A stretch of DNA of 64,000 nucleotides, taken from positions 128,001 through 192,000 of the forward strand of contig CAWFJP010000003.1 in the NCBI GenBank assembly GCA_963816145.1. Reading direction: 5' to 3'. Of this stretch, positions 36,691 to 46,627 are shown piece after piece. The number at the start of each line of letters is the position of its first letter. Positions within the stretch are counted from its first letter, which is position 1. The notes under the pieces were generated by a model. It searched no databases and was not told where the DNA came from. It was given only the letters and a program-made list of their open reading frames with translations. A program made the position numbers and the translations under genes. The DNA comes from an uncultured delta proteobacterium (GTDB lineage: Bacteria; Desulfobacterota; Binatia; UBA9968).

Positions 36691-36820
36691 AGGCTGTGTC
36701 GTAATGCGCAAACGCCCCACATCTGTCATCCCGAGCGCAGCGAGGGATCTCGTGTTTTCAGCCACATACGAAGAAGAGATTTCTCGGCTTCACCTCGAAA
36801 TGACAGTTGCGACACAGTCT
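36691..36820. mobile_element. 130-bp MITE-like insertion with terminal inverted repeats
   Basis: TIRs aggctgtgtcgtaa / ttgcgacacagtct (12/14). gtcg flanks both sides. It interrupts a ccttccccc..ggggaaagg palindrome and contains a TGTCAT..ATGACA palindrome. Confidence 0.6.
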
Positions 36821-36869
36821 GTCGAGGGGAAAGGAACTCGGAACAGCGCTCGCTTCCCGGAAGATTATC

Positions 36870-39131
36870 ATGACCGTCGGCGCCGCCACTCCACGCGTCG
36901 ACGGCATCGAGAAAGTTACCGGCGCCGCGAAATTTACTGGCGACCTGCGGTTCCCAGATCTTCTCGACGCCAAGGTGCTGCGCAGTCCGCTGGCGCACGC
37001 GAGAGTCGTTGCCATCGACACCCGCAAAGCAGCGGCGCTGCCTGGCGTCGTTGCCATTCTCACCCGCGAAGACCTCCAAGACATCGATCCTTATTATGGT
37101 AATTGTCTGCGGGATCGCGCGGTGGTCGCGACCGATAAAGTGCGCTTCGTCGGCGAACCGGTGGCGGTGGTCGCTGCGGACAGCGGTTTGATCGCCGAAG
37201 CAGCACTGGCGCTGATCGACGTCGAGTATCAGGAGCTGCCCGCCGTCGGCGATATCGATGCGGCGCGGGCCGAGGGCGCGCCGCTTTTGCACGAGAGCCA
37301 GTCCGGCGCCGGCGAGTTTCACGATGTCGCCGGTGTCGGCGAAACCTTCGGCGGTAATATCTGCCATCGCGAACGCTTTACCAAAGGCGATCCCGATCAA
37401 GCTTTCGCCGCCGCCGATGAAATCGTCGACGAAACCTTCACCTTCCCGATGATCTATCAGTACGCCATGGAGCCACATAGCGTGGTGGCGCGGGTGACGG
37501 CGGAAAGTATCACCTTGTGGAGTTCGTCGGCCCATCCGTTCCTGGTCCGCTCCGAGCTGGCGCATATGTTCGGCTATCCGCACGCCAAGGTCGAGGTGAT
37601 CGTCCCCTATGTCGGCGGCGCCTACGGCAGTAAGTCCTATTTCAAAATCGAACCTCTTGCCGTTGCCATCGCCCGGAAAACCGCCGGTCGTCCCGTGCGG
37701 ATAGTTCAGAGCGTGACCGAATCGATGCTGACCACGCGGCGCCATTCGGCGCGTATGCGTATCAAGACCGGGGTCAAGCGTGATGGCACTCTGATCGCCC
37801 GCGAAGCCGAGGTCTTGATGGACACCGGCGCCTATGCCGACAACGGGCCACGGGTGGCAAAACGGGTGATCAGCCGCATGCTCGGGCCGTACAAGCTCGA
37901 TCATTGTAAAATTGACGTTGTGGCGTTTTACACCAACACCGTGCCCGCGGGCTCTATGCGTTCCATCGGCGGCCCGCAATCGATTTGGGCGTTGGAATCG
38001 CATATGGATACGATCGCGAATCGCCTGGGTATCGATCCGCTGGAATATCGCATGCGTCTCTTGCTCAAGCGCGGCGAAGTGCTGAAGCCTGGCGCCACGG
38101 CGATCGACGCAGATCTGCGCCAGGGCACACAAGCGGCGGTCGCGCCGCTTAATTGGAAAGACCGCATCCGGGATAAGACAAGTGGCGTTGGCGTCGCCGT
38201 TGGCGTATCAGACTCAGAAGCCATGCCGGTCTCGGTCGCTCTCATCCGTTTACTTGCCGACGGCAGCGTGATCGTTCTCGCCGGCACCACCGAAGTGGGG
38301 CAGGGCGCGCGGACGATATTGAGCCAGATCGTCGCTGAAGAATTATCGATCCCAATCGACCGCATCAGTATGCGGGGTACCGACACCCTAACCACGCCCT
38401 TCGACCGCTCCACCGGCGCCAGCCGCTCGACAACCGTAATGGGGAGCGCCGTCAAAGCCGCCGCCGAGGACTTGCGCAAACAGTTGCTTCAGGCCGCAGC
38501 CGAAGCGTTCGACACAAGCACCAACGCGATCACGTTACGCGACGGCCAAGTTTGTTGCGGCGATCAAGAACTTAGCTACGCCCAAGTGGTCAGCAAGTTC
38601 TTCGGCATGCCCGGCGGTGAATTGATCGGCCGCGGCTACATGCGGCCTGATGGCGCGCTGGGTAAGACTTTTCCTTTATTCTGGGAGACCGGCATGGGCT
38701 CGGCCGAAATTGGGGTTGACTTAGAAACTGGGGCGATCACAATCCACAGTTATGTAACGGTTGCGGACGTTGGCGTGGCGATCAATCCGATGCAAGCTGA
38801 AGGACAGGACGAAGGCGCGACGATCCAGGGACTGGGCAACACGCTCTTCGAATCCCTCGAGTACGACAACGGCCAGCCGGTGAATGCCACACTGGTCGAC
38901 TACCGCGTGCCGCGCTTCACCGACCTGCCGGAGTATTTCGAATCAGTTTTGATCGAGAACCGCGACGGCCCCGGCCCCTACGGCGCCAAGGGCATGGGCG
39001 AATCCGGCATTGTTTCGATCGCTCCGGCTGTCGGCAATGCGCTCTTCGCCGCCTCAGGCGTGCGCATTCGCGATTTGCCGCTGACGCCGGAGCGGGTCTG
39101 GCGCGCGTTGAAGGAATCGCAGTCAAGTTAA
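36870..39131 (+). CDS. Xanthine dehydrogenase / CoxL-family molybdopterin-binding subunit
   Basis: PRVDGIEKVTG; YVGGAYGSK; MRSIGGPQ; EVGQG; GPGPYGAKGMGE; RDLPLTPERV. No FAD or FeS subunits adjacent. Confidence 0.92.
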   Translation: MTVGAATPRVDGIEKVTGAAKFTGDLRFPDLLDAKVLRSPLAHARVVAIDTRKAAALPGVVAILTREDLQDIDPYYGNCLRDRAVVATDKVRFVGEPVAVVAADSGLIAEAALALIDVEYQELPAVGDIDAARAEGAPLLHESQSGAGEFHDVAGVGETFGGNICHRERFTKGDPDQAFAAADEIVDETFTFPMIYQYAMEPHSVVARVTAESITLWSSSAHPFLVRSELAHMFGYPHAKVEVIVPYVGGAYGSKSYFKIEPLAVAIARKTAGRPVRIVQSVTESMLTTRRHSARMRIKTGVKRDGTLIAREAEVLMDTGAYADNGPRVAKRVISRMLGPYKLDHCKIDVVAFYTNTVPAGSMRSIGGPQSIWALESHMDTIANRLGIDPLEYRMRLLLKRGEVLKPGATAIDADLRQGTQAAVAPLNWKDRIRDKTSGVGVAVGVSDSEAMPVSVALIRLLADGSVIVLAGTTEVGQGARTILSQIVAEELSIPIDRISMRGTDTLTTPFDRSTGASRSTTVMGSAVKAAAEDLRKQLLQAAAEAFDTSTNAITLRDGQVCCGDQELSYAQVVSKFFGMPGGELIGRGYMRPDGALGKTFPLFWETGMGSAEIGVDLETGAITIHSYVTVADVGVAINPMQAEGQDEGATIQGLGNTLFESLEYDNGQPVNATLVDYRVPRFTDLPEYFESVLIENRDGPGPYGAKGMGESGIVSIAPAVGNALFAASGVRIRDLPLTPERVWRALKESQSS

Positions 39132-39188
39132 CCACACAGATTGTTTTTACGACAAAGAAGTTCTTTAACCGATCTAAGGAGAGATGCC

Positions 39189-40136
39189 ATGAAACAGTTG
39201 AAGCGCTTATTTCTGCTCTGGTTACTGTTGTATGCATCGCCGGGCGTGAGTGATGCGCGCATTACCATCGGCCTGTCGTCGGTGAATATCGCGTTTCTGC
39301 CGGTCTACGTGGCCCAGGAGAAAGGATTTTTTAAAGACGAAGGTCTCGATGTTCAGTTCGTCATGTTCAACGCCGGCTCGACCAATCTGCAGTCGCTCAT
39401 GGGCGGCGACATCCAGATGATGGGCAGCGCTTTCGTCGAAACCTTAGGGGGTCGTTCTGCCGGGTTCGATATCAAGAATTTCTGGGGCATCTGCAACTTG
39501 ATGCCCTTCGAGCTTTACTCGAACACCAACTTTCGCTCGATGAAAGAAGCCAAAGGCAAACGCTTCGCGATCAGCCGCTTCGGCTCGCTGACGGACTTTT
39601 TGACCCGGGCGACTCTGCAACATCATGGCGTCGACCCGAAGGATGTGACGATTCTGCAAATTGGCAGCACCCCGGCGCGCTTTGCCGCACTGTCCGCCGG
39701 CGCGGTCGACGCATCGGTGGTCTGGTTTCCGGTCACCGAGATCGCCAAAGGGCAGGGCTTTCGCAAGCTCTTCGATCTGAAAGAAATGTTTCCGGAATGG
39801 CCCTACGAGACTTTTGCCGCGCGCGAATCTTGGCTATCCAAGGAGCGCGCCGACGTCATTAAATTCCTGCGCGCCTATCAACGCGGCGTGAAGCACACCT
39901 GGGACAATAAAGACGACGCCGTGCGGGCGATGCGCAAGTACGTCAAGATCGACCCCGCCTTTGCGCCGGCGGGCTATGATGAATACCGCGATTCATTTCC
40001 GCTCAACGGTCAGATCGCCGAAAAGGTGATTCCTGTGGTGATAGATGAAGAGTTTCGCACCGGCAGATTGAAACGCAAACTCACGGTCGACGAGATGGTT
40101 GATCGCACGTTCATCAAGTTGCTCGGGGGCAAGTAG
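39189..40136 (+). CDS. ABC substrate-binding protein, SsuA/THI5-like
   Basis: AAGGAG RBS; signal peptide; EKGFFKDEGL; KGKRFAISRFGS; ARFAALSAGAVDA. Confidence 0.9.
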   Translation: MKQLKRLFLLWLLLYASPGVSDARITIGLSSVNIAFLPVYVAQEKGFFKDEGLDVQFVMFNAGSTNLQSLMGGDIQMMGSAFVETLGGRSAGFDIKNFWGICNLMPFELYSNTNFRSMKEAKGKRFAISRFGSLTDFLTRATLQHHGVDPKDVTILQIGSTPARFAALSAGAVDASVVWFPVTEIAKGQGFRKLFDLKEMFPEWPYETFAARESWLSKERADVIKFLRAYQRGVKHTWDNKDDAVRAMRKYVKIDPAFAPAGYDEYRDSFPLNGQIAEKVIPVVIDEEFRTGRLKRKLTVDEMVDRTFIKLLGGK

Positions 40137-40237
40137 GGCGCCGCGATGTTCTACACACGCAAACCTTACACGGCGCACGAGCGTGGACGATAGGCGGCGA
40201 ATGTCCTTAGACCGTCGGTGACTCGCTAGCGATTCCA

Positions 40238-40918
40238 ATGGAGTTGATCCTCGCAGCGTTCATCGGACTGATCGCGGCCCTTGTTTTGTATCGCTACCTG
40301 AGGCAGCGCAACGCCACGCCCCAGCAGCGCGTCGCTGTCATGCTGCGGCAGTTCGACGCATTGGCCAGAGATGGCCTTTCGGAGCGCGAAGCACTGCTGC
40401 GTATCTTGCTTAGCCGATCGGATTGGCAGAAATTGCCGGTGGATTTTCTCGGCGAATTGATCGGTCGTTTGGCGAGCAAAGAAGCGGTCTTGCGGTTTGT
40501 TGCGCTAGCGGAAGATTGTGGTTACACCAAGGACCAACTCCCAGCCATCGTCAATCACTCGCCGCCGGACGACCAGATGGAGCGGTTGGCCTGTATGCTG
40601 TCTCGCTTCGGTTATCAGCTGCAATCGGATCAACGGTTCAAGGAGGCGGAGTTCGTCCAGAAGCTCGCCTTGGCGCTAGGCCCTGATTGTTACTTCACCA
40701 ACCTTCCGCTGGCTACGACTTATCATAGGACCGGGCGCTGTACGGAGGCGCGCCCTTTATTCGAGCGAGGTATCGCCCTGCTCCACACTGCCGGTGAGAC
40801 GGCTTCCGCTTCAGGGCGGTTCACTTTCGCGGATTGTTTCGGAGATGGCGTCGAGGCAACCCGGTTGCGTGCTTTGTGGTTGATGATGTATGACCAGTGC
40901 GTTAAGTCGACGACGTAG
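40238..40918 (+). CDS. Membrane-anchored TPR-like hypothetical protein
   Basis: N-terminal TM segment; C-terminal ALALGP..NLPLATTYHRTGRCTEARPLFERG. Confidence 0.7.
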   Translation: MELILAAFIGLIAALVLYRYLRQRNATPQQRVAVMLRQFDALARDGLSEREALLRILLSRSDWQKLPVDFLGELIGRLASKEAVLRFVALAEDCGYTKDQLPAIVNHSPPDDQMERLACMLSRFGYQLQSDQRFKEAEFVQKLALALGPDCYFTNLPLATTYHRTGRCTEARPLFERGIALLHTAGETASASGRFTFADCFGDGVEATRLRALWLMMYDQCVKSTT

Positions 40919-41149
40919 AGAAGATCAGGGCTGCTGTGAACCGCCTGCGAGCAATTCATATCGAACGCGTCTGGGTGACTGTCTCTCTCGGGGATGGGCG
41001 AAATCCCTCGCCCCCTTGACCGTGCTCAGGGCGGGCTTCAAGACAAGGTTTGTCATGCCGGTCCTTCGATAGCACTCAGGATAAACTCCGCCCGGCATCG
41101 ATCTTCGCGCGCTGCTTTCCAAAGCCGTTGTGATTGAAAATTAGGCGAG

Positions 41150-41188
41150 CGCCCAATTATTCAGCATACTCTGCAAATTATATAGGCA
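41150..41188 (+). promoter_or_regulatory. Tandem NtrC-like enhancer sites
   Basis: cgc-N11-gca (41150-41166) and tgc-N11-gca (41172-41188), AT-rich cores, centres 22 bp apart. Confidence 0.6.
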
Positions 41189-41260
41189 TAAAGTCTTTCA
41201 TCGCCTGTTGAATCCCATTGATTCAAGGGGGTTAAGTTATTTCTCCGGCGATTCATGTCG

Positions 41261-41276
41261 CGGCATGGGTGTTGCT
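41261..41276 (+). promoter_or_regulatory. Sigma-54 (-24/-12) promoter for the urea operon
   Basis: CGGCATGGGTGTTGCT, with GG and GC exactly 12 nt apart, upstream of nitrogen-regulated genes. Confidence 0.7.
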
Positions 41277-41672
41277 AAAGTCTTACAACCAAGTTTGGAA
41301 AGCCACATGGACTCGCCCTTGAGGTAACAAACGATCAACATTGCCGGGAGCAGCGAATCCGCAGAGGAGGATTGCTAACTTCGTTTCTGGAGTAGTGGAA
41401 CGGGCTGGGCGCTTGTCCTGTGATCTTTTCTACAAGCTCAATTTGATCGCAAATCCACCGCTCATAAGGGCGGATTGAATATTTCATCTTTGGCCGCAAC
41501 GTGAAACTGCAGCGCAAATGCAGCTTTAGTGACAACTCGAATTTTCGCGGCTACGCGAAGGCCTGCTATGCCCATGTTTAAGACTCCAACCGCGGTTACT
41601 GTTCTTGGGGTGCGAAAATGGCGGGATTCAATAAATCGATTATTGACGGTTAACTAATCAGGGAGGAGCTTC

Positions 41673-43001
41673 ATGATGGAGTCATTTAGAGAAATTAATT
41701 GCAAGGGTAGGTCAGGCCACCGCACCTTTTTGAAGCAGCTGGGCGCCCTCATGGGAATCGCCGCGATGCTTATCGCACCGGTGCCGGTCATGGCGCAAAG
41801 CAAGGATACGATCAAAATCGGCGTACTGCACTCGCTCAGCGGCACTATGGCGATCAGCGAGACGGTGCTCAAAGACGTCGTGTTGATGGCGATCGAAGAG
41901 ATCAATGCCAAAGGCGGTGTGCTCGGGAAAAAACTTGAGCCGGTGGTGGTTGATCCGGCATCCAATTGGCCGCTGTTCGCCGAGAAGGCGCGCCAGCTGA
42001 TCACCCAAGACAAGGTCGCGGTTGTCTTTGGCTGCTGGACCTCGGTATCGCGTAAGAGCGTCCTGCCGGTGTTCGAGGAGTTGAATAGTTTGCTGTTCTA
42101 CCCGGTGCAATATGAAGGCGAAGAGCTTTCGAAAAATGTTTTTTATACCGGCGCGGCGCCAAACCAGCAGGCGATCCCGGCGGTCGAGTATCTAATGTCG
42201 AAAGACGGCGGCGGCGCTAAACGCTTCGTTTTGCTCGGCACCGACTATGTCTATCCGCGCACGACAAATAAGATTCTCCGAGCATTTCTTAAATCGAAGA
42301 ACATTCCCGATTCCGACATCATGGAGGAGTACACGCCGTTCGGCCACACCGACTATCAGACTATCATAGGCAAAATCAAAAAGTTTGCCGCCGAGGGTAA
42401 AAAGACCGCGGTGATCTCGACCATCAACGGCGACTCGAACGTGCCATTCTATAAAGAGCTGGGCAATCAAGGGTTGAAGGCGAAAGACGTCCCCGTGGTA
42501 GCGTTCTCGGTCGGTGAAGAAGAGCTGCGCGGCGTCGATACCAAGCCGCTGGTGGGTCATCTAGCGGCATGGAATTATTTCATGTCACTGAAGAATCCGA
42601 CCAACGAAGAGTTCATTAAAAAATGGACAGCGTATGCCAAGGCGAAAAATCTTCCCGGCCACAAGGATAAGCCGCTGACCAACGATCCGATGGAAGCCAG
42701 CTATATTGGCGTCTACATGTGGAAACAGGCGGTGGAAAAGGCGAAATCGACTGACCCGGACAAAGTTATCGCCGCGATGGCCGGACAGACATTTAAGGCA
42801 CCGTCGGGCTTCATCGCCAAGATGGATGAGAAGAACCATCACCTGCATAAACCGGTGTTCGTCGCGGAAATTAAGGCGGATGGGCAGTTTACCGTGGTCT
42901 GGAAAACCCCAGGGCCGGTGAAGGCGAAACCCTGGAGTCCTTATATTGCCGGCAATGACAAAAAGAAGGATGAGCCGGAAATGGTAGCCGCGAAAAAGTG
43001 A
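41673..43001 (+). CDS. urtA: Urea ABC substrate-binding protein
   Basis: IKIGVLHSLSGTMAISE; FGCWTSVSRKSVLP; YPVQYEGEE; GTDYVYPR. Confidence 0.96.
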   Translation: MMESFREINCKGRSGHRTFLKQLGALMGIAAMLIAPVPVMAQSKDTIKIGVLHSLSGTMAISETVLKDVVLMAIEEINAKGGVLGKKLEPVVVDPASNWPLFAEKARQLITQDKVAVVFGCWTSVSRKSVLPVFEELNSLLFYPVQYEGEELSKNVFYTGAAPNQQAIPAVEYLMSKDGGGAKRFVLLGTDYVYPRTTNKILRAFLKSKNIPDSDIMEEYTPFGHTDYQTIIGKIKKFAAEGKKTAVISTINGDSNVPFYKELGNQGLKAKDVPVVAFSVGEEELRGVDTKPLVGHLAAWNYFMSLKNPTNEEFIKKWTAYAKAKNLPGHKDKPLTNDPMEASYIGVYMWKQAVEKAKSTDPDKVIAAMAGQTFKAPSGFIAKMDEKNHHLHKPVFVAEIKADGQFTVVWKTPGPVKAKPWSPYIAGNDKKKDEPEMVAAKK

Positions 43002-43055
43002 CCGCATCGGTTGCGGCGTCGGCGATGAGATCGTACCGCCGGCGCCGCAGCGAGT

Positions 43056-44714
43056 TTGATTGTCAGTGAATTACTGCGCTACGTTGTTAGTATGATCAGT
43101 CATGCCCTGTGGCAATGGAGCCGCGTAGCCATCGTTTTCTTTTGCCTGTTCTCATCTACGTTTCCGGCGAATGCCCTCGACCCAGTCCTCGCCAAGCAGC
43201 TCGCCGCCGAAGACAGCGATGCCAAATTGGAAGCAATTAACAGTATCGCTGCCTCGGGTGACGCTGCGGCCATTCCTCTATTGAAGGCCATGCAGGACGA
43301 TGCATTGCAATTATTTGGCGAGCGCTTAGTTATAGTCGCCGGAAGTTCGGCAAAAGATGCGCTCACCGGCGAAGCGGTTGACGCGCCAGCCGAAAAGCTA
43401 ACGGCGATCGTAGTCAATAACCGGGTGCGCGGGGTGCTCGATGCCGCCCTGGCGGCGCTTAAACTTGTTTCCCCGCAGCGCGAGGAGCGGCTCGCAGCGG
43501 CGAAAATTGTCGCCAGCGATCCCGATAGCGCGATGTTGCCGTTGATCAAAACGGCACTGGCCAAGGAAAGCGATGCGGAACTCAAGACGCTGCTGGAGCT
43601 GGCGCAGGCGCTGATCGAGATCAAGAGCGAGGACGCGACGGCGCGGCGTGCCGCCGCCAAAGTGTTGGGAGAGAGCAAGAGTTCCCAGGCCAAGCAGATT
43701 CTCACCGCGTTGATGCAAACGAACTCCGACGGCAGTTTCACTGAGAACGATGCCGGCGTGCGCGCCGAAGCTCAAAAGGGCATTAAAGCGATTGAGCAAA
43801 GCTTTATCGTGCCGCAAATTTTAGGTGTATTGTTCAGCGGTCTGAGTCTCGGCAGTGTGTTGCTTTTGGCGGCGCTGGGGCTGGCCATCACCTTTGGCCT
43901 GATGGGCATCATTAACATGGCCCATGGCGAGATGCTGATGCTCGGCGCCTATACCACTTATGTCACGCAGACTCTGTTTCGTGCTTATTTGCCGCAATCT
44001 TTGGATTGGTATTTGATCGCCGCGATTCCCGCGGCATTTGTGGTCGCCGCTCTGGTCGGAGTGGCGCTCGAACGCAGTGTCATTCGCTTTCTCTACGGCC
44101 GGCCATTGGAGACCCTGCTCACTACCTGGGGCATCAGCCTGATTTTAATTCAGTTCGTCCGCACACTGTTTGGCGCGCAAAACGTCGAGGTCGCCAACCC
44201 GTCTTGGATGTCCGGCGGCTTCAACCTCGGCGCCGATATCGTGCTGCCGTACAACCGCATCGCGATTATTTTTTTCGCCGCTTTCGTGGTGTTTTTAATG
44301 TGGCTTTTTCTTGCCCGCACACGGCTCGGGCTATACGTGCGCGCCGTGACCCAGAACCGCACCATGGCCGATTGCATGGGCATCCCGACACCGCGGGTGG
44401 ACTGGCTCACTTTCGGTCTCGGGTCAGGTATCGCGGGCTTGGGCGGTGTGGCGCTGTCACAGATCGGCAACGTCGGACCCGACCTGGGCCAGAGCTATAT
44501 CGTCGATTCGTTCATGGTCGTGGTGTTGGGCGGCGTCGGTCAGCTGGCCGGCACCATCATCGCCGCGGTTGGTTTGGGAGAGATCAATAAATTTCTCGAA
44601 CCCTTCGCGGGCGCGGTGCTCGGCAAGATTTTCGTGTTGATCCTGATCATTTTGTTTATCCAAAAGCGGCCCCAGGGGATGTTCGCGCTCAAGGGGCGCA
44701 TGGCGGAGAATTAG
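43056..44714 (+). CDS. urtB: Urea ABC permease with N-terminal HEAT-like domain (start may be 43092)
   Basis: GLAITFGLMGIINMAHGE; RPLETLLTTWG; IVDSFMVVVLGGVG. Confidence 0.94.
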   Translation: MIVSELLRYVVSMISHALWQWSRVAIVFFCLFSSTFPANALDPVLAKQLAAEDSDAKLEAINSIAASGDAAAIPLLKAMQDDALQLFGERLVIVAGSSAKDALTGEAVDAPAEKLTAIVVNNRVRGVLDAALAALKLVSPQREERLAAAKIVASDPDSAMLPLIKTALAKESDAELKTLLELAQALIEIKSEDATARRAAAKVLGESKSSQAKQILTALMQTNSDGSFTENDAGVRAEAQKGIKAIEQSFIVPQILGVLFSGLSLGSVLLLAALGLAITFGLMGIINMAHGEMLMLGAYTTYVTQTLFRAYLPQSLDWYLIAAIPAAFVVAALVGVALERSVIRFLYGRPLETLLTTWGISLILIQFVRTLFGAQNVEVANPSWMSGGFNLGADIVLPYNRIAIIFFAAFVVFLMWLFLARTRLGLYVRAVTQNRTMADCMGIPTPRVDWLTFGLGSGIAGLGGVALSQIGNVGPDLGQSYIVDSFMVVVLGGVGQLAGTIIAAVGLGEINKFLEPFAGAVLGKIFVLILIILFIQKRPQGMFALKGRMAEN

Positions 44715-44715
44715 C

Positions 44716-45804
44716 ATGGCCTGGGCTTCCGGGATCGCTAGACTTTACGATCGGCGCGGCTGGCTATGGCTGGCGTTGTTTGCCGGGGTAGTTTTGCTTG
44801 TCATTCCGCTGTTGCGCTTAGCCGTGCCGCCGGCCAGCGCGTTGCATGTTTCCGATTACTACGTGCTCTTGATTGGCAAAATCATGTGCTTCGCAATGAT
44901 GGCGCTGGCACTCGATTTGATTTGGGGTTATGCCGGGATACTTTCCCTCGGTCATGGCCTTTTTTTCGCCTTGGGCGGCTATTCCATGGGCATGTATCTC
45001 ATGCGCGAGATCGGCAACGAAGGCCAGTACCGTAGTTACTTGCCGGACTTCATGGTGTTTCTCGATTGGAAGACGTTCCCGTGGTACTGGGCCGGCAGCG
45101 AATATTTTGTCGTGGCCTTGGTGAAAATCATCCTGGTGCCGGCGCTGCTCGCTTTCACCTTCGGTTGGTTCGCGTTTCGCTCGCGCATTAAGGGCGTCTA
45201 TTTCTCGATCATTACCCAGGCGCTCACCTTCGCGTTCATGTTGCTGTTTTTTCGTAACGACACCGGTTTTGGCGGCAACAACGGCTTCACCGACTTCAAA
45301 CGAATTCTCGGCTTCTCGTTGGCCCATCCGGCCACCCGCATGAGCGTGTTTATGATCACCGGGTTCCTGCTCATCCTGACTTTGGTGCTCTGCCGCTACA
45401 TCGTCACGTCTAAATTCGGTCGCGTCCTAACGGCGATTCGCGACGCAGAATCGCGCACGATGTTTTCCGGTTACAACACGCGGGACTACAAACTGTTTGT
45501 CTGGACTTTGTCGGCGATATTGTGCGGCATCGCCGGCGCTCTCTACGTGCCCCAGGTGGGCATCATCAATCCCAGCGAAATGTCGCCGGCGAACTCGATC
45601 GAGATCGCTATCTGGGTCGCCGTCGGCGGACGGGGTACGCTGATCGGCGCCCTGGCCGGCGCCGGTATCGTCAACGGCGCCAAGAGTTATTTTACCATGG
45701 CCTGGCCGGCGTTCTGGCTCTACTTTCTTGGCGGTTTGTTCGTCGTGGTCACGGTATTTTTACCGAAGGGACTCTTGGGCTGGCGCCGGAGCGAAACTAA
45801 GTAA
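44716..45804 (+). CDS. urtC: Urea ABC permease
   Basis: WGYAGILSLGH; LPDFMVFLDW; IKGVYFSIITQA; VAVGGRGTL. Confidence 0.95.
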   Translation: MAWASGIARLYDRRGWLWLALFAGVVLLVIPLLRLAVPPASALHVSDYYVLLIGKIMCFAMMALALDLIWGYAGILSLGHGLFFALGGYSMGMYLMREIGNEGQYRSYLPDFMVFLDWKTFPWYWAGSEYFVVALVKIILVPALLAFTFGWFAFRSRIKGVYFSIITQALTFAFMLLFFRNDTGFGGNNGFTDFKRILGFSLAHPATRMSVFMITGFLLILTLVLCRYIVTSKFGRVLTAIRDAESRTMFSGYNTRDYKLFVWTLSAILCGIAGALYVPQVGIINPSEMSPANSIEIAIWVAVGGRGTLIGALAGAGIVNGAKSYFTMAWPAFWLYFLGGLFVVVTVFLPKGLLGWRRSETK

Positions 45805-46625
45805 TGCCCGCAATGGCAGAAATTAGCAGCGGCACCGAGGAGATCGAGCAGGCGCCGCTCAAAGTGGACAAAAACATCGACCTTTCGCACGGTGTGATTC
45901 TCTACGTCGACGGCGTTACGGTTAGTTTCGACGGCTTTCGCGCGCTCAACGATCTGTCGCTGGCCATCGATGCGGGAGAACTGCGCTGCGTAATCGGTCC
46001 CAATGGCGCCGGTAAAACCACCATGATGGATGTCATTACTGGTAAAACCCGGCCCGACTCCGGCACGGTTTTTCTCGGCCAGAACGTCGACCTCACCACC
46101 TTGCCCGAGTACGAGATCGCCCGCTTGGGTGTCGGCCGCAAGTTTCAAAAGCCCTCGGTTTTTGAAAATCACAGCGTCTTTGAAAATCTCGAGCTGGCAG
46201 TGAAAGGCCCAAAAGGAGTGTGGGATACGCTGTTTCACCGGCGCGATTCCGCCGAGGAAGATCGCATCGAAGCCATGCTCAAACAAATCAATCTCAAAGA
46301 GCGCATGCGCCAGCCGGCCGGGCTTTTGTCCCACGGGCAGAAGCAGTGGTTGGAAATCGGTATGTTGTTGATGCAAGAGCCGCAGGTGCTCTTGCTCGAC
46401 GAGCCCGCCGCGGGTATGAGCGACGAAGAGACCGAGCGCACGGCGGAACTGTTTTTATCATTGGAGGGGAAGCATTCCTTGATCGTCGTGGAGCATGACA
46501 TGGCCTTTGTCGCCTCACTGGCGCGCAAGGTTACCGTGCTCCATGAGGGCAGCGTGTTGGTCGAAGGCTCTATGGCGGCGGTGCAAAACGACGAACGGGT
46601 CATCGAAGTTTATTTGGGGCGCTAA
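45804..46625 (+). CDS. urtD: Urea ABC ATPase
   Basis: GPNGAGKT; GRKFQKP; LSHGQKQWLEIGM. Confidence 0.95.
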   Translation: MPAMAEISSGTEEIEQAPLKVDKNIDLSHGVILYVDGVTVSFDGFRALNDLSLAIDAGELRCVIGPNGAGKTTMMDVITGKTRPDSGTVFLGQNVDLTTLPEYEIARLGVGRKFQKPSVFENHSVFENLELAVKGPKGVWDTLFHRRDSAEEDRIEAMLKQINLKERMRQPAGLLSHGQKQWLEIGMLLMQEPQVLLLDEPAAGMSDEETERTAELFLSLEGKHSLIVVEHDMAFVASLARKVTVLHEGSVLVEGSMAAVQNDERVIEVYLGR

Positions 46626-46627
46626 TC

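Noticed and set aside
36726-38132. 468-aa minus-strand ORF
   Set aside because: Antisense to the Mo-subunit gene and runs into a repeat; shadow ORF.
43007-43053. Rho-independent terminator after urtA
   Set aside because: There is a GC-rich stem but no real U tract; more likely an ordinary mRNA-stabilising hairpin inside the operon.
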